From: Candidatus Bathyarchaeota archaeon
GTDB lineage: Archaea > Thermoproteota > Bathyarchaeia > Bathyarchaeales > Bathycorpusculaceae
DNA length: 64,000 nt
Reading direction: 5' to 3'
NCBI GenBank assembly: GCA_963846735.1
Contig: CAWJXC010000006.1
Coordinates: 11,735-75,734 of the forward strand
Below, in pieces: positions 54,193 to 64,000 of this stretch. The first letter of the stretch is position 1. Each line of letters opens with the position of its first letter. Position numbers and translations under genes: made by a program. The notes beneath the pieces were generated by a model, which was not told the origin of the DNA, searched no databases, and saw only the letters and a program-made list of their open reading frames with translations.

Positions 54193-55333
54193 ATGTTGCC
54201 TGATGAAGATAGCATCAACAGTATCCTGCGACCATACATTCAGCCATGGTACGATTCCATCGAGAATCCACAGAAGGCGCAGGAGCAGGTGCTGGCTGAT
54301 TTGGTGGCGAAATACGGTTCCACGGAATATGGCGCAAGCCACAACGCTTCCCAAGTTAAGAGCATTGCGGATTATCGGGCTAATTTTCCCATAATTAACT
54401 ATTCAGGGCTCATCCCATACCTTGACACAGGTAAAAGAACGCAGTTACAAGGCGTTTTTGTCTGAACCGCCCGAAACCTGGGTTATGACCCGCGGCTCAA
54501 CAGGAAAATCAAAAGTCCTACCCGCAACCCAAACCCACCTAAAACAAATCTACAGCTGCGGCGCCAGAGGACTCATAAACTACGCTGTTAGGAAAAAGAA
54601 CTATGAGGTTTTTTTGGGCGTCATTCTGAACTTGAATTTTCCCTCAAACGTCCACACCATGAATGTCGACGGCAAAGAAGTCACTTACGGCTACAGTTCA
54701 GGCACCTACGCTCGGCTCAACCCCATGTTTGACAGGGTAAGCCTTCTGCCCCGCCAAGAAGAAATCGATGCCTTAGGCAGCGGAATCGGCAGGAAAGATT
54801 GGGAAAAACGCTTCGACCTTGCTTACCAGATGGCGCTAAACCAGAACGTCACCGCAACCATGGGCGTAACCCCCGTAATCCTCTCCTTCGCCAGATACGT
54901 TAAACGCAAATACGGAAAAAAACCCGCCGACCTATGGAAAACCCAAGCCCTCTTCTGCACCAGCGTACCCAAAATCCACTTCAAGTACGGACCAATCCTC
55001 AAAAAATACTTCGGCGACGTACCAATCGTGGAAATGTACACTGCCACCGAAGGCGTCTTTGGACAGCAACTCGACGATTTACCCTACATAACCCCGAACT
55101 ATGACTCGTACCTCTTCGAAGTTGCCACAGGCAAAGGCGTAAAGATGCTGCATGAACTCAAACGGGGCGAATGGGGCAGACTAATCGTTTCTTCCTGCAT
55201 GTTTCCACGTTACGACATCGGCGACTTGATTGAAGCGGCTGGAAAAAACTATTTCCGCGTATTCGGAAGAAACAAAGCTCTAACGCTTCTGGAGCATAGG
55301 CTTTACCGAGCGTTTTTAGGCTGGATAATTTAA
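54193..55333 (+). CDS. GH3-family (auxin-responsive-like) acyl-adenylating enzyme (one indel)
   Basis: PQKAQEQVL..TEYG..FPIINY, MTRGSTGKSKVLP, MYTATEGVFG, RYDIGDLIE..FGR. Confidence 0.8.
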
Positions 55334-55750
55334 GATGGTTGAGGCGAGCGTCTTCGTGCAGTCATAGCAACGTAGATTGCGCCAATTATGATGATTACGC
55401 CGATTATTAACAGCATAATAGCCCAGCTTTGCCCTGAATCTGCACTGAAGTAACCGCTTATTTGCAGCACAGAGAAAAGACCTAACGTGATTAGTATTAG
55501 TCCACCGATTAAATAGCCGATAAAGCCGTGTTCGCCCTTCTCTTGTTTTTCTCCCTTTTCAGGGTGCTGATTTTTCTCTTGCTTTTCCTGTTTCTCATTC
55601 TTCTCTGATTTCTCATCTCTTCTGCGATATGGCTGAGCAGGCGCTGGTGCTGGTTGACCTGACGGAACAGCCTTTTAATGATGCCCCGCAGCGTGGGCAA
55701 AAAGTCATTGTTTCATCAACTTTATTGCCACATTTCGGACAATACGACAT
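55330..55750 (-). CDS. Zinc-ribbon membrane protein with EKx repeats (one indel)
   Basis: MSYCPKCGNKVDETMTFCPRCGASL..PAPAPAQP..DEKSEKNEKQEKQEK..EKGEKQEKGE, then two TMs; not in the ORF track. Confidence 0.8.
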
Positions 55751-55850
55751 TCAAATTCATCCTGATTACCATTTTATCAGCTTTGAGTATTTAAAACATG
55801 CACTTAACTCCTTAAAGAGAAAGATATATGTGTTAAATACTCCATTCTCG

Positions 55851-56369
55851 AATGGAGAAAAACAGTTTGTTTAATGCGTTAAACCCGCAGACGTTAACTG
55901 ATAAGAAAAAAGAAAACTTGTTCACTGCCATCTACATTGGCGCCATCTTCATCATCATTAGCTTTGATTTACTTCATCCATCTATCTGACAACCTTTGGG
56001 ATGGATTGGTAAACTTTTTCACCTCACTCACGCTTGCACCAGTTCCCGCCACTGGCATCTCTTTGCCTGCTCCTTCAAACCCAGCTGGCTACATAAACCT
56101 CTACACTGCAGCTTTCCAGTTCAGTATAGCCCTAGGCATCTTAGAAATCGTAATCTTAACGTTAAGAGTCGGGTTACATTCGCCTGTGTACACGTAAAGC
56201 AGAAACCATTGAAAACATCGTCTTCTGGCTTGGAACAAGCTACCTAATAACTACTTACCTAGTAAACATGACTATACCCAGCGAATGGTTTGTTTTCTGG
56301 GCTGGAATAATATTGATCTTCGGTTTAGCATTGGTTGCCCGAGCGTTTGTTCTCTTAGCCAAACGATAA
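55851..56369 (+). CDS. Four-TM membrane protein, paralog of 31531..32046 (indels)
   Basis: LPAPSNPAGY..GILEIVILTLR..SP..KAETIENIVFWLG..WFVFWAGIILIFGLALVARAF. Confidence 0.78.
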
Positions 56370-56372
56370 ACA

Positions 56373-57110
56373 CTATTTCTTCTTTATTTTCAGTTTCCAC
56401 CAGAGCCCCATTATCTGGCGGAACATATTCCATGAATCCTTAGCGAGGTTAACTTTTGTGCCCTTGCCGCTTTTCCATTCCACCGCAATCTCTTTTACTC
56501 TAAAGCCCTGTCGATAGGCTCTTACCATTATTTCTGTGTCCCAAAACCAATGAGTCGCCTCAACTTTGTCAAGTAAACTCATGAGCGGTTCTCTTTTGAA
56601 GGCTTTAAAGCCGCATTGGTGGTCTCTAAGTTTTGAGCCAAGCATGTGCCTTACAAGAAAATTGTAAGTTTTAGAACTTAGACTCCTGCTAAATGTGCGT
56701 TCTGCCTTGCTTTCACGAAGCATCCTAGACCCTGTTGAAAAGTCGTAGCCTTCAACGGTGATGGCTTCAACCAGAGGCTTAAGATACTTAAGGTCTGTGG
56801 CTAAATCCAAATCCATGTAAACCAGAACTTGTCCGCTGCTTTGCTTAAACGCGTTGTTGAGTGCGGTTCCTCTTCCCAAGCGTTTTTCACGGTGAATATG
56901 CCTGACGACTGGGTTTTTTTGTGCGAGTTCTTCTGCGCGTTGGGCGGTGCCGTCGGTGCTGCCGTCTTCAGCAATAATAATTTCGTAGGAATCGGTGAAC
57001 TCTTTTAGGGTTTGGATGGTTTTCTCCACAGCTGGGTTTAGGTAGTCTACTTCGTTGTAGGCGGGAAGCACCACTGAAACTTGAACGGTCTTATTTGTTG
57101 TTGCTGTTAT
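56373..57110 (-). CDS. GT2 dolichyl-phosphate hexose (mannose/glucose) synthase
   Basis: SVVLPAYNE, IAEDGSTDGT, GRGTAL, YMDLDLA, GSR, DHQCGFKAF, WFWDTE. Confidence 0.92.
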   Translation of the reverse strand: MTATTNKTVQVSVVLPAYNEVDYLNPAVEKTIQTLKEFTDSYEIIIAEDGSTDGTAQRAEELAQKNPVVRHIHREKRLGRGTALNNAFKQSSGQVLVYMDLDLATDLKYLKPLVEAITVEGYDFSTGSRMLRESKAERTFSRSLSSKTYNFLVRHMLGSKLRDHQCGFKAFKREPLMSLLDKVEATHWFWDTEIMVRAYRQGFRVKEIAVEWKSGKGTKVNLAKDSWNMFRQIMGLWWKLKIKKK

Positions 57111-58969
57111 GCGTAATTCCCCCAGCTTGGGAACCACCTTAGGTAATCATGAATAAACGAAGTTGAAACGGGGGCGCCTGAAATCACAGGGTAAAAGAGC
57201 AGGAACATCGCTACTGCACCAGCAAATATGGCTATGGCAGCAACCTTGCCAAGTCGCGTATTCCAGTACTTGTTGATGAAGTAGGTTGTCGCGAGGCAAA
57301 GAAGAGGCACGCTTAGGTAGTAATGGTAGATGTAGGTTGCTCTGCCTATGAAAACGTAGGGCAGCCAAGAGAACAAGAATACAACAACTATGAAAATCGC
57401 TGCAACATCCCAACCAGAACCTCGTATGCTAACATGCTTTTTCAAAGAGGACTGCGACAAGCGGCTCCGTAAACTGGTCAACCATGCCTCTACATGAAAC
57501 GCTTTAAATGCTAACAAAATCATGGCGGCAAAGCCAATCCACCAAACAACAGGATTACCAAAAACCGTGATGGTGGAAACCATGTTGTTAGGTAGGGTAG
57601 TTATGTCAAACCATCTTGGAACATTTGCTCCATTGGGCTGAAACATGAGGGGCCAAGTCCACCAGGGCGACGAAGAGGAATCAGTGACTGAGCCTGAGTG
57701 GAAACCAAGCATGGCAAACTGCAAATTCACAATTTTCGGGAAGGAGTCGCCTAAAAGCATGTCAGGGATGTAGGTTGCAAAGTAAATGACTGCTACAACA
57801 CCGATACAGGCTACCAGCAGCAGGAACGGGTGGTCAAAGAAAGCAACATACTTGTCGGCTAAGCTGCCTTTTTGTTTCCAGAGGTCCTTTACCCGAACTG
57901 CCGCAAGCAACGCAACCAAACCCAACGCACTAAAAAGCGGAAACCCAAACTTTGTCGAGAACCCAAGTGCAAAGAAAACCACCGCCAACATCAACGGCAA
58001 AACCGAAGTCTTCTTCCAACCGTCCTTAACGACCTTCATAAAGTAGACTAAGAAGAACAATTGGGAAAGCAACGAGAAGAACACCAGGTAGGTGTCAACG
58101 GTGCCAATTCGCGCCATGGTGAAGTGCATAAAATCGAAAGTCATCAAAAACGCTGCGGAGAACCCGCCAATCCAGGTGCCGAACAGTTTCTTGCCCAAAA
58201 GGTACATGACCGCAACTATTAGCGTACCAAATATTACTCCCATTATGCGCCAACCAAATGGCGTCGCACCAACAACTGCTACTCCAACCGCCTGAATTAG
58301 TTTTCCAAGGTCTGGATGGGTTCTCTCGTCAGGTATTTGGTGGTTAACAAATTCTACGGCTGATCTGGCAAAGTAAACTTCGTCAAAGTACATCTTGGAC
58401 ATGTATGTTGGCGGAATCTGAAGTGAGCCCTGTTCATCCACCAACTTATTCAATGTCGCGTCTGTGTTGTTTTCCCCTGTTATGCCAACGATTGGGATTT
58501 GCTGGTTGCTTGGGTTCGATATGCCAATCTCAGAGACCTCAATGAAGGGTGATGGTTCGCGGTCAGTGGGGTTGGGAACAGACCAGTAGAAGTCGGGTCG
58601 CGAGTCATAGACTGCGGGTGTAACGTTGAAGTCTAAGTATTGTGTGTTCACGTTTACGGTTAGGGATTGCTGGACTGAGTAATCGGTGGCTCTGTCTTGA
58701 AGACTGAATTGTCCCAGATAGCTCCAGTTTTCAGGAACACCCGAATATACTTGGACTGAGGCGTTGCCGCTTTGAACCCAGAAATACACGGTTTGAACCT
58801 GCTGGTTTGAGCCCAAATTAACGTAGAAACTTTGCTGTGTGGTGCTTTGCCAATTTGTCACTGGTGCATTAACTTCGCCCACGTTCCAAGTGGCTATGCC
58901 GAAGAAGACGATTGATATCAAAACCATTGTTATGATGTCTTTTTTTGTGAGTTTTAAGTCGAAGTTCAT
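57107..58969 (-). CDS. GT39 PMT-like dolichyl-phosphate-mannose:protein mannosyltransferase
   Basis: YFDEVYFAR, THPDLGKL, FGWR, MHFTMARIGTVD, K in ALGFSTKF, PMT C-terminal SSPWWTWPLM..GNPVVWW..RATYIYHY. Confidence 0.85.
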   Translation of the reverse strand: MNFDLKLTKKDIITMVLISIVFFGIATWNVGEVNAPVTNWQSTTQQSFYVNLGSNQQVQTVYFWVQSGNASVQVYSGVPENWSYLGQFSLQDRATDYSVQQSLTVNVNTQYLDFNVTPAVYDSRPDFYWSVPNPTDREPSPFIEVSEIGISNPSNQQIPIVGITGENNTDATLNKLVDEQGSLQIPPTYMSKMYFDEVYFARSAVEFVNHQIPDERTHPDLGKLIQAVGVAVVGATPFGWRIMGVIFGTLIVAVMYLLGKKLFGTWIGGFSAAFLMTFDFMHFTMARIGTVDTYLVFFSLLSQLFFLVYFMKVVKDGWKKTSVLPLMLAVVFFALGFSTKFGFPLFSALGLVALLAAVRVKDLWKQKGSLADKYVAFFDHPFLLLVACIGVVAVIYFATYIPDMLLGDSFPKIVNLQFAMLGFHSGSVTDSSSSPWWTWPLMFQPNGANVPRWFDITTLPNNMVSTITVFGNPVVWWIGFAAMILLAFKAFHVEAWLTSLRSRLSQSSLKKHVSIRGSGWDVAAIFIVVVFLFSWLPYVFIGRATYIYHYYLSVPLLCLATTYFINKYWNTRLGKVAAIAIFAGAVAMFLLFYPVISGAPVSTSFIHDYLRWFPSWGNYA

Positions 58970-58975
58970 GTTGGC

Positions 58976-60202
58976 TCACCTCTCTGTTGGGGGTTGAGTT
59001 AATGTGGCGGGTTCAGCTTTGAGCCATCTTTTTCCTTTAAGTTCATCCCACATTAGCACTGAAGCATAAATGAACATGACTAAATTAATAACGCTTATCG
59101 CTAAAACCACCCAATCCCCGCTTGGAATAAATGCGCCAAGATTTAGGTAATAGAGAACGTATGCTTGGTTAACCAGCAAGGTACCCGTTAAAACCACGTA
59201 GAACGGTCGAGCTTTCTTGACGAATGGAAACATCAATGCTAACATGCTTATGGCGGGGAACAGGTAACGTTCATGAATCCTTGTGGGCAACATGAAGAAC
59301 GCGAAGAAAAGCATAAACGCACAAAACACGGCAAGCCACTCTCCTGAAACGTTAAAACGCTTATGCAAAACATACACCGTGAAAACAGCGAACGCGCCAA
59401 ACAATGCCCACCCCAAAATGAACAGGTTACCATCAGGCTGCCATAAGCCGAAAATGCCCCACAAGTTGAAAGCGTTAATCGAAGTGTACTGGTAGCCGCT
59501 GTACGCTCCGAAGTAGATTTTGCTAAGGAAAGTCACGGGGTTACTCCATTCGAAGGGCAAAATAACCACAAACACGGTCGCCGCAAACACAGCCACGGAA
59601 GCCAGCAGGTTCTTTATGCCGTTCTTTCTAAAAATCAAATAGATGAGCAGTGGCGCTAATGCTATGCTCTGTGGCTTAGTTAAAATGGCAATGGCGAAGA
59701 CAACTGCGGAAAACTTTGGCTTACTTTTAAGCGCAAGTATAAGCGAGAGGACTAAAAAGAATGTGTAGATGGCGTCGTATTGTCCCCAGATTGCCGTGTT
59801 AAAGATTACTGCAGGGTTGAAGGCGTAGAGCGCCGTCGAAGTAAGTGCTAACTTGAAACTTGATTGTTTTCTGACAAAATAATAGATAAGTATTGCAGTG
59901 GCTAAATCGAAGAGGTTAGGCACCCACTTAACAATATTTGCTATCCCTATGCCTAAGGCGTTTGCTAAGGACCCAAAAAACCAGAAAATGTAAACATTGA
60001 AGGGCGGGTAATCTGCAAATCCAACAACCGAATAGAATGGTCTTATTCCATGCGTGGCTGCAGTGCCAAACCAAGCGATAAAGTCGTTTGTGTCAACCGA
60101 GTATCCCTTAAGAGGAAACAGGAGAACCCTAACTAGGGCGGAAATGGCAAGTACCAAGGCTAACGTAATGGTCTCGCGTTTGGCCAACGAGAAGTTAACC
60201 AT
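58976..60202 (-). CDS. GT-C membrane glycosyltransferase (GT87/PIG-M/Alg6-like)
   Basis: DTNDFIAW, DYPP, YAFNPAVIFNTAIWGQYDAI, TKPQ, SINAFNLW, PTRIHERYLFP. Confidence 0.82.
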   Translation of the reverse strand: MVNFSLAKRETITLALVLAISALVRVLLFPLKGYSVDTNDFIAWFGTAATHGIRPFYSVVGFADYPPFNVYIFWFFGSLANALGIGIANIVKWVPNLFDLATAILIYYFVRKQSSFKLALTSTALYAFNPAVIFNTAIWGQYDAIYTFFLVLSLILALKSKPKFSAVVFAIAILTKPQSIALAPLLIYLIFRKNGIKNLLASVAVFAATVFVVILPFEWSNPVTFLSKIYFGAYSGYQYTSINAFNLWGIFGLWQPDGNLFILGWALFGAFAVFTVYVLHKRFNVSGEWLAVFCAFMLFFAFFMLPTRIHERYLFPAISMLALMFPFVKKARPFYVVLTGTLLVNQAYVLYYLNLGAFIPSGDWVVLAISVINLVMFIYASVLMWDELKGKRWLKAEPATLTQPPTER

Positions 60203-60522
60203 GTTTCCCCCTCTTGAGAAGATACTTGTTATTATGGCATAAGAAGCTTTTTCAAAAACATCGATTTAAGACAATTTAGAAGTTCAGGAGTTCATGCAAG
60301 ACCCCTTCTTTGCTTTTTTATCAATTAGCTTCTGCAAATATGCTTTCGAGTCTCGTTTAAACTTCTCCTCATTCTCCTCATCAGACGTGGATGACGTTTG
60401 GTGTTGCATCAGCTAACCCCATATCGAATGTCGCATTAAATTCGATAAAAGAGGTGTTCCACTAGCAGGAATATTACGAAACCCGGACATATCAGCGCAT
60501 GATAGCTCACTGAAAAGTAAAC

Positions 60523-63453
60523 TTAAGCCTGAATTTGATAGTTATCTTGACCTTTTTTGTTTTTCTTTGGAATCGTAATGACAAATCGAACACCCATGCC
60601 GAGTTCACCTGTCTCCTGAATCTCCCAGCCATAAACTTCAATCATTTTCTTAGACAAGAACAAGCCAAAACCTGTGCTTCCCCCCGTGCTAAACCCTTGA
60701 CTAAAAAGCTTCAACTTATTCTCAGCAGAAATGCCGGCTCCATCATCTTCATAGATCAATTTCAATTGGTCCTCGCCCTCCTTTTCGTAGTGGACGCTTA
60801 TGGCGGTTGTTTTCTGGCCGTATTTTCTTGTGTTATCTATGAAATTGTAGAATAATTGTCTTAGAAATGAGTCTGCTAGGACAGTTAAGCCTTGGCACTT
60901 ATTGATTATCATGGGTAGCGAACCAGAAAACAGAACCGTAGCCTCGTTTAACGCTTTCTCCACGTTAACGTAGACCAATTCTTGGGCGCCTAACTCCTCA
61001 TACATTTTGGCGTAATCAAAAATTCGCCCCGACTCCTTAACTGACTGCTCCATCTTACTTAATCCATCAACGATGTCGGGTTTGTCAGCATACTTCTTTT
61101 TCAAGAGATACGCATTCCCCGTTATCACATAAAGCTTGTTGCGGACATCATGCCTAGTTAAGCCGCCCACCACACGCAACTTCTCATTTATCGCCGCGAT
61201 TCTGGCTTGGTTTTCTTTAAGTTTTTGCTCCGCTTCCTTTTGTTCGGTGATATCGCGAACCGTTGCCTGCAGAACGCTTTTTCCCTTAAATTGCATCTTA
61301 GTCAAAAGCACGTCTGCAAAAAATGTTGTTCCATCTGTTCTTTGGTGAACCCAGAAAAACTGGTCTTTACCCGCATCTAATGCTTTATGAATATGCTTCT
61401 GGGCAGATTCCACTGATAAGGTTCCATCAGGTTGTGTTAGGGGTGACAAATCTGCTGGGCTATTCTTCGCAAACTCCTCAGTGGATTTGCATCCAAATAA
61501 TTGAAGTGAGGACTCGTTGCAATCGAAGAATCCTCGTTCGTCAAGTAGCATAAGTGCATCCTTTGACGACTTATAAATAGTCTGATATTTCTCTTCGCTT
61601 TCTTTGAGTTTTTCTTCAGCTATTTTTTGTTCAGTGACATCTCTGATTATGGCCAAAATCGCATATGGCTCATGGCTTTGATTAAAGATCATTGAAGATC
61701 TTGCCAATCGATAAACCCAGGACCCATCACGATGTTTAACACGATACTCAGTGGTCGAGAAACCTGTTTTGAGGAGTTCTGCCATTTTTTCCTTTACAAC
61801 GGGTAAGTCGTCAGGATGCATCTTGGCAAACGAATCTGACTCGCCTTCGTTGTTTTCTTCTAACCCCAGGTTCTTGAAGTATGCAGGGTTTCGGTAAATA
61901 TTCTTGCCCCTAAGATCAGTCAGCATAATTGAGTCGTCAGCATATTCAACCAATGCGCGATACTTAGCCTCAGAATTTGACAAAGCTTCCGCAGCTTTTT
62001 TCCGTTCCGTAATATCTCTAACTACAGCGAGAACCAGTTTCTTGCCGCCTGACTCAATTATGCGTGAATGAATTTCTACGGGTATTCTTGTTTTGTCTTT
62101 GGTTAACTGTACCGATTCAAAGACTGCAGAACCCTTCTCAAATAACTCTTTAATTCGAGGCTCAATAAGGCTGGCTGTTTCTGGCGCATCCAAGCTGTGA
62201 AGGTTAATTTTAGCCAGTTCCTCTTTACTGTAGCCAGTTTGCCTGCAGGCAGCTTCATTAAAGTAAATGATTTGTCCTTCCATGTCGTGAACAAGAATAG
62301 AATCCGTTGCCAACTCAAAGATTTCTGAAGATATCTTTAGTCTATCTTCAGTTTTCTTACGTTCAGTAATATCGATGATTACTCCTCTTGCGCCTACGAC
62401 CTTGCCATCTTTGATAATTGGAGCGCTGCTTAATGTAACTGGAAAATGTGTTCCATCTTTTCTGATAAATGTGTATTCGTTGGGGTGCTCCATGGTTCCA
62501 GAAAAAACTTTTCCTATGTTTTCTTTGGCTGTTTCTTTTTCCTCTGGAAGAATAAGATCAAGAACATTGAAACCATGGGAAAGATCGTCTTTTGAATAGC
62601 CAGTTAATTTGTATGCTTTTGAATTAGCGTAAACCAAGTTTGCTTTTGTGTCAATTTCAAAAATAATCTCAGGCAACGAATCAGCCAGCTCACGATACCT
62701 CTGCTCACTTAGCTGCAAAGCTTCCTCTGCTTTTTTGCGTTCAGTAATGTCTGTAGCCATGTGAATTACTTGACTAATTTTTCCTTCGTTGTCTTCGATT
62801 GGATAGGCGACGATTTCCAAGTTTATTTTATTTTGGTCTTTGTCATAATGAACATGTTCAACCCTTACAGGTTTCTTGTTTTTCAATACTTCCTTTAAGG
62901 GGCATTGGTGAGGTGATGTGCAGGGTGTTAAGCTGTTATGGGTTGCTTCGTAACAGGTCTTTCCTATCAAGTCTTCTTTTGTTCGCTTCATTTCTCTGCT
63001 TGCTTCATCGTTTGCCGCTAAAATCCTGTAATCTTGGGGGTTAATCACAAGCAGGGATTCGCTGATTGAGTTAACGATATTTTCGTTGAATTCTTTAAGA
63101 GAGTTAAGTTCCTCTTCTTTTTTCTTCCTTTGTTCAAATATGACGCTGGTAAGAACGCTTACAAAAAGAAACATTGCAGATCTAACTAAATTGTCAACTA
63201 TGGAAATACTGGATGCAAAAATGAGGTTGCAGAACAGCAAAGTTACCACTATGGCAGAGGTAAGAATAATGCCTTTTCGGCGCCACCAGAAACTAAACAA
63301 AATGATGGGAATGTAAAAAAATTGTGTATAAACAGATGCGTTCTTTAAGATAACTAAGAAAAGGAAAATTGCAAATACGCATAGAAAGAGAGCCAAAGCT
63401 GAGACTGCCACTCGCACTGGATTTACTTTTGAGCTTACCACTAAACGTCTCAT
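60523..63453 (-). CDS. Membrane multi-PAS sensor histidine kinase
   Basis: N-terminal TMs, five PAS/PAC repeats ending DITE/DVTE, H-box LTRHDVRNKL, N-box NFIDN, EDDGAGI, G2 GFGLFL. Confidence 0.93.
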   Translation of the reverse strand: MRRLVVSSKVNPVRVAVSALALFLCVFAIFLFLVILKNASVYTQFFYIPIILFSFWWRRKGIILTSAIVVTLLFCNLIFASSISIVDNLVRSAMFLFVSVLTSVIFEQRKKKEEELNSLKEFNENIVNSISESLLVINPQDYRILAANDEASREMKRTKEDLIGKTCYEATHNSLTPCTSPHQCPLKEVLKNKKPVRVEHVHYDKDQNKINLEIVAYPIEDNEGKISQVIHMATDITERKKAEEALQLSEQRYRELADSLPEIIFEIDTKANLVYANSKAYKLTGYSKDDLSHGFNVLDLILPEEKETAKENIGKVFSGTMEHPNEYTFIRKDGTHFPVTLSSAPIIKDGKVVGARGVIIDITERKKTEDRLKISSEIFELATDSILVHDMEGQIIYFNEAACRQTGYSKEELAKINLHSLDAPETASLIEPRIKELFEKGSAVFESVQLTKDKTRIPVEIHSRIIESGGKKLVLAVVRDITERKKAAEALSNSEAKYRALVEYADDSIMLTDLRGKNIYRNPAYFKNLGLEENNEGESDSFAKMHPDDLPVVKEKMAELLKTGFSTTEYRVKHRDGSWVYRLARSSMIFNQSHEPYAILAIIRDVTEQKIAEEKLKESEEKYQTIYKSSKDALMLLDERGFFDCNESSLQLFGCKSTEEFAKNSPADLSPLTQPDGTLSVESAQKHIHKALDAGKDQFFWVHQRTDGTTFFADVLLTKMQFKGKSVLQATVRDITEQKEAEQKLKENQARIAAINEKLRVVGGLTRHDVRNKLYVITGNAYLLKKKYADKPDIVDGLSKMEQSVKESGRIFDYAKMYEELGAQELVYVNVEKALNEATVLFSGSLPMIINKCQGLTVLADSFLRQLFYNFIDNTRKYGQKTTAISVHYEKEGEDQLKLIYEDDGAGISAENKLKLFSQGFSTGGSTGFGLFLSKKMIEVYGWEIQETGELGMGVRFVITIPKKNKKGQDNYQIQA

Positions 63454-63513
63454 CCTTGGAAAGAAAAGGAAAATATTTATGGTTTTAAATGGCGAGTTTT
63501 ATCAAATACCCAT

Positions 63514-63984
63514 TCAAACTGGTTTATGGTTATCAACTTTTTCATCAGAGGATTCTTTGCTTGCTTCTATTATCTTTGCCAAGTTTAGAACAACTACTAG
63601 GTTCTCAGCTTGTTGTCCAACGCCAATGACGTACTCGTTGTTGGTTGTTGAGACCTCCAAATGCTTCTCTAAGTCAACGCCTGCTATAGTGGACACTTCA
63701 GCTACAGAATCAACCATTACACCAGTTGAGGCTTTATCTGTCTCTACGATGACCATTTTCCCGTTGCCTCCAGCTTTGCTTGGCAAATTCAAACGTTTCT
63801 GTAGGTTTAGGACAGTTATTATTTTCCCTCTAAGATTAGTTACGCCTTCAATGTAGTCGGGGGCGCCTGGGATAGGCGTCACTGATTGCATTTCTCTAAC
63901 TTCACGCACTTGCTCCACAGGGACTCCGTAGCTGACGGCGCCAACTGTGAAGTTGACTACTTGCAGATTAGCTGTGTTAGACAT
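63514..63984 (-). CDS. cheW: Chemotaxis protein CheW
   Basis: YGVPVEQVREV..TPIPGAPDYIEGVTNLRGKIITV..GVMVDSVAEV. Confidence 0.95.
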   Translation of the reverse strand: MSNTANLQVVNFTVGAVSYGVPVEQVREVREMQSVTPIPGAPDYIEGVTNLRGKIITVLNLQKRLNLPSKAGGNGKMVIVETDKASTGVMVDSVAEVSTIAGVDLEKHLEVSTTNNEYVIGVGQQAENLVVVLNLAKIIEASKESSDEKVDNHKPV

Positions 63985-64000
63985 GTAAATCACTTGTTTC

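Noticed and set aside
60325-60400. Minus-strand CTGATGAG...CTCGAAA resembling a hammerhead ribozyme core
   Set aside because: Stem II pairs for only about 2 bp in the required register and no NUH cleavage triplet with a matching stem III is present. The stretch is better read as a weak ~41-aa ORF (MQHQTSSTSDEENEEKFKRD...) that I cannot support further.

Overview
Archaeal chromosomal segment, most consistent with Bathyarchaeia (TACK-type gene set: TFE-beta/Rpc34 homolog, arcadin-1, FEN1, CDC48, EF-1beta, KEOPS, form III RuBisCO). About 20 genes are split by single-base indels; these are most likely long-read consensus errors, so the genes were rejoined by eye. Core housekeeping genes are mixed with accessory insertions. 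Most notable: (i) a tandem (ferredoxin-MvhD)x2 protein cotranscribed with, and possibly fused to, the electron-bifurcating NfnAB; (ii) a three-gene Dol-P-Man synthase / PMT-type O-mannosyltransferase / GT-C operon; (iii) a vapBC module bracketed by a duplicated fen1 5' end and promoter, next to a decayed island; (iv) a complete AMP phosphorylase-RuBisCO-R15P isomerase cluster with an adjacent GH3 adenylating enzyme; (v) a rubredoxin-fused ThDP enzyme; (vi) a Thr1->Ala proteasome beta subunit; (vii) a dispersed intergenic repeat and several Zn-binding micro-ORFs missed by the ORF track. No rRNA, tRNA, CRISPR array, integrase or transposase was recognised.
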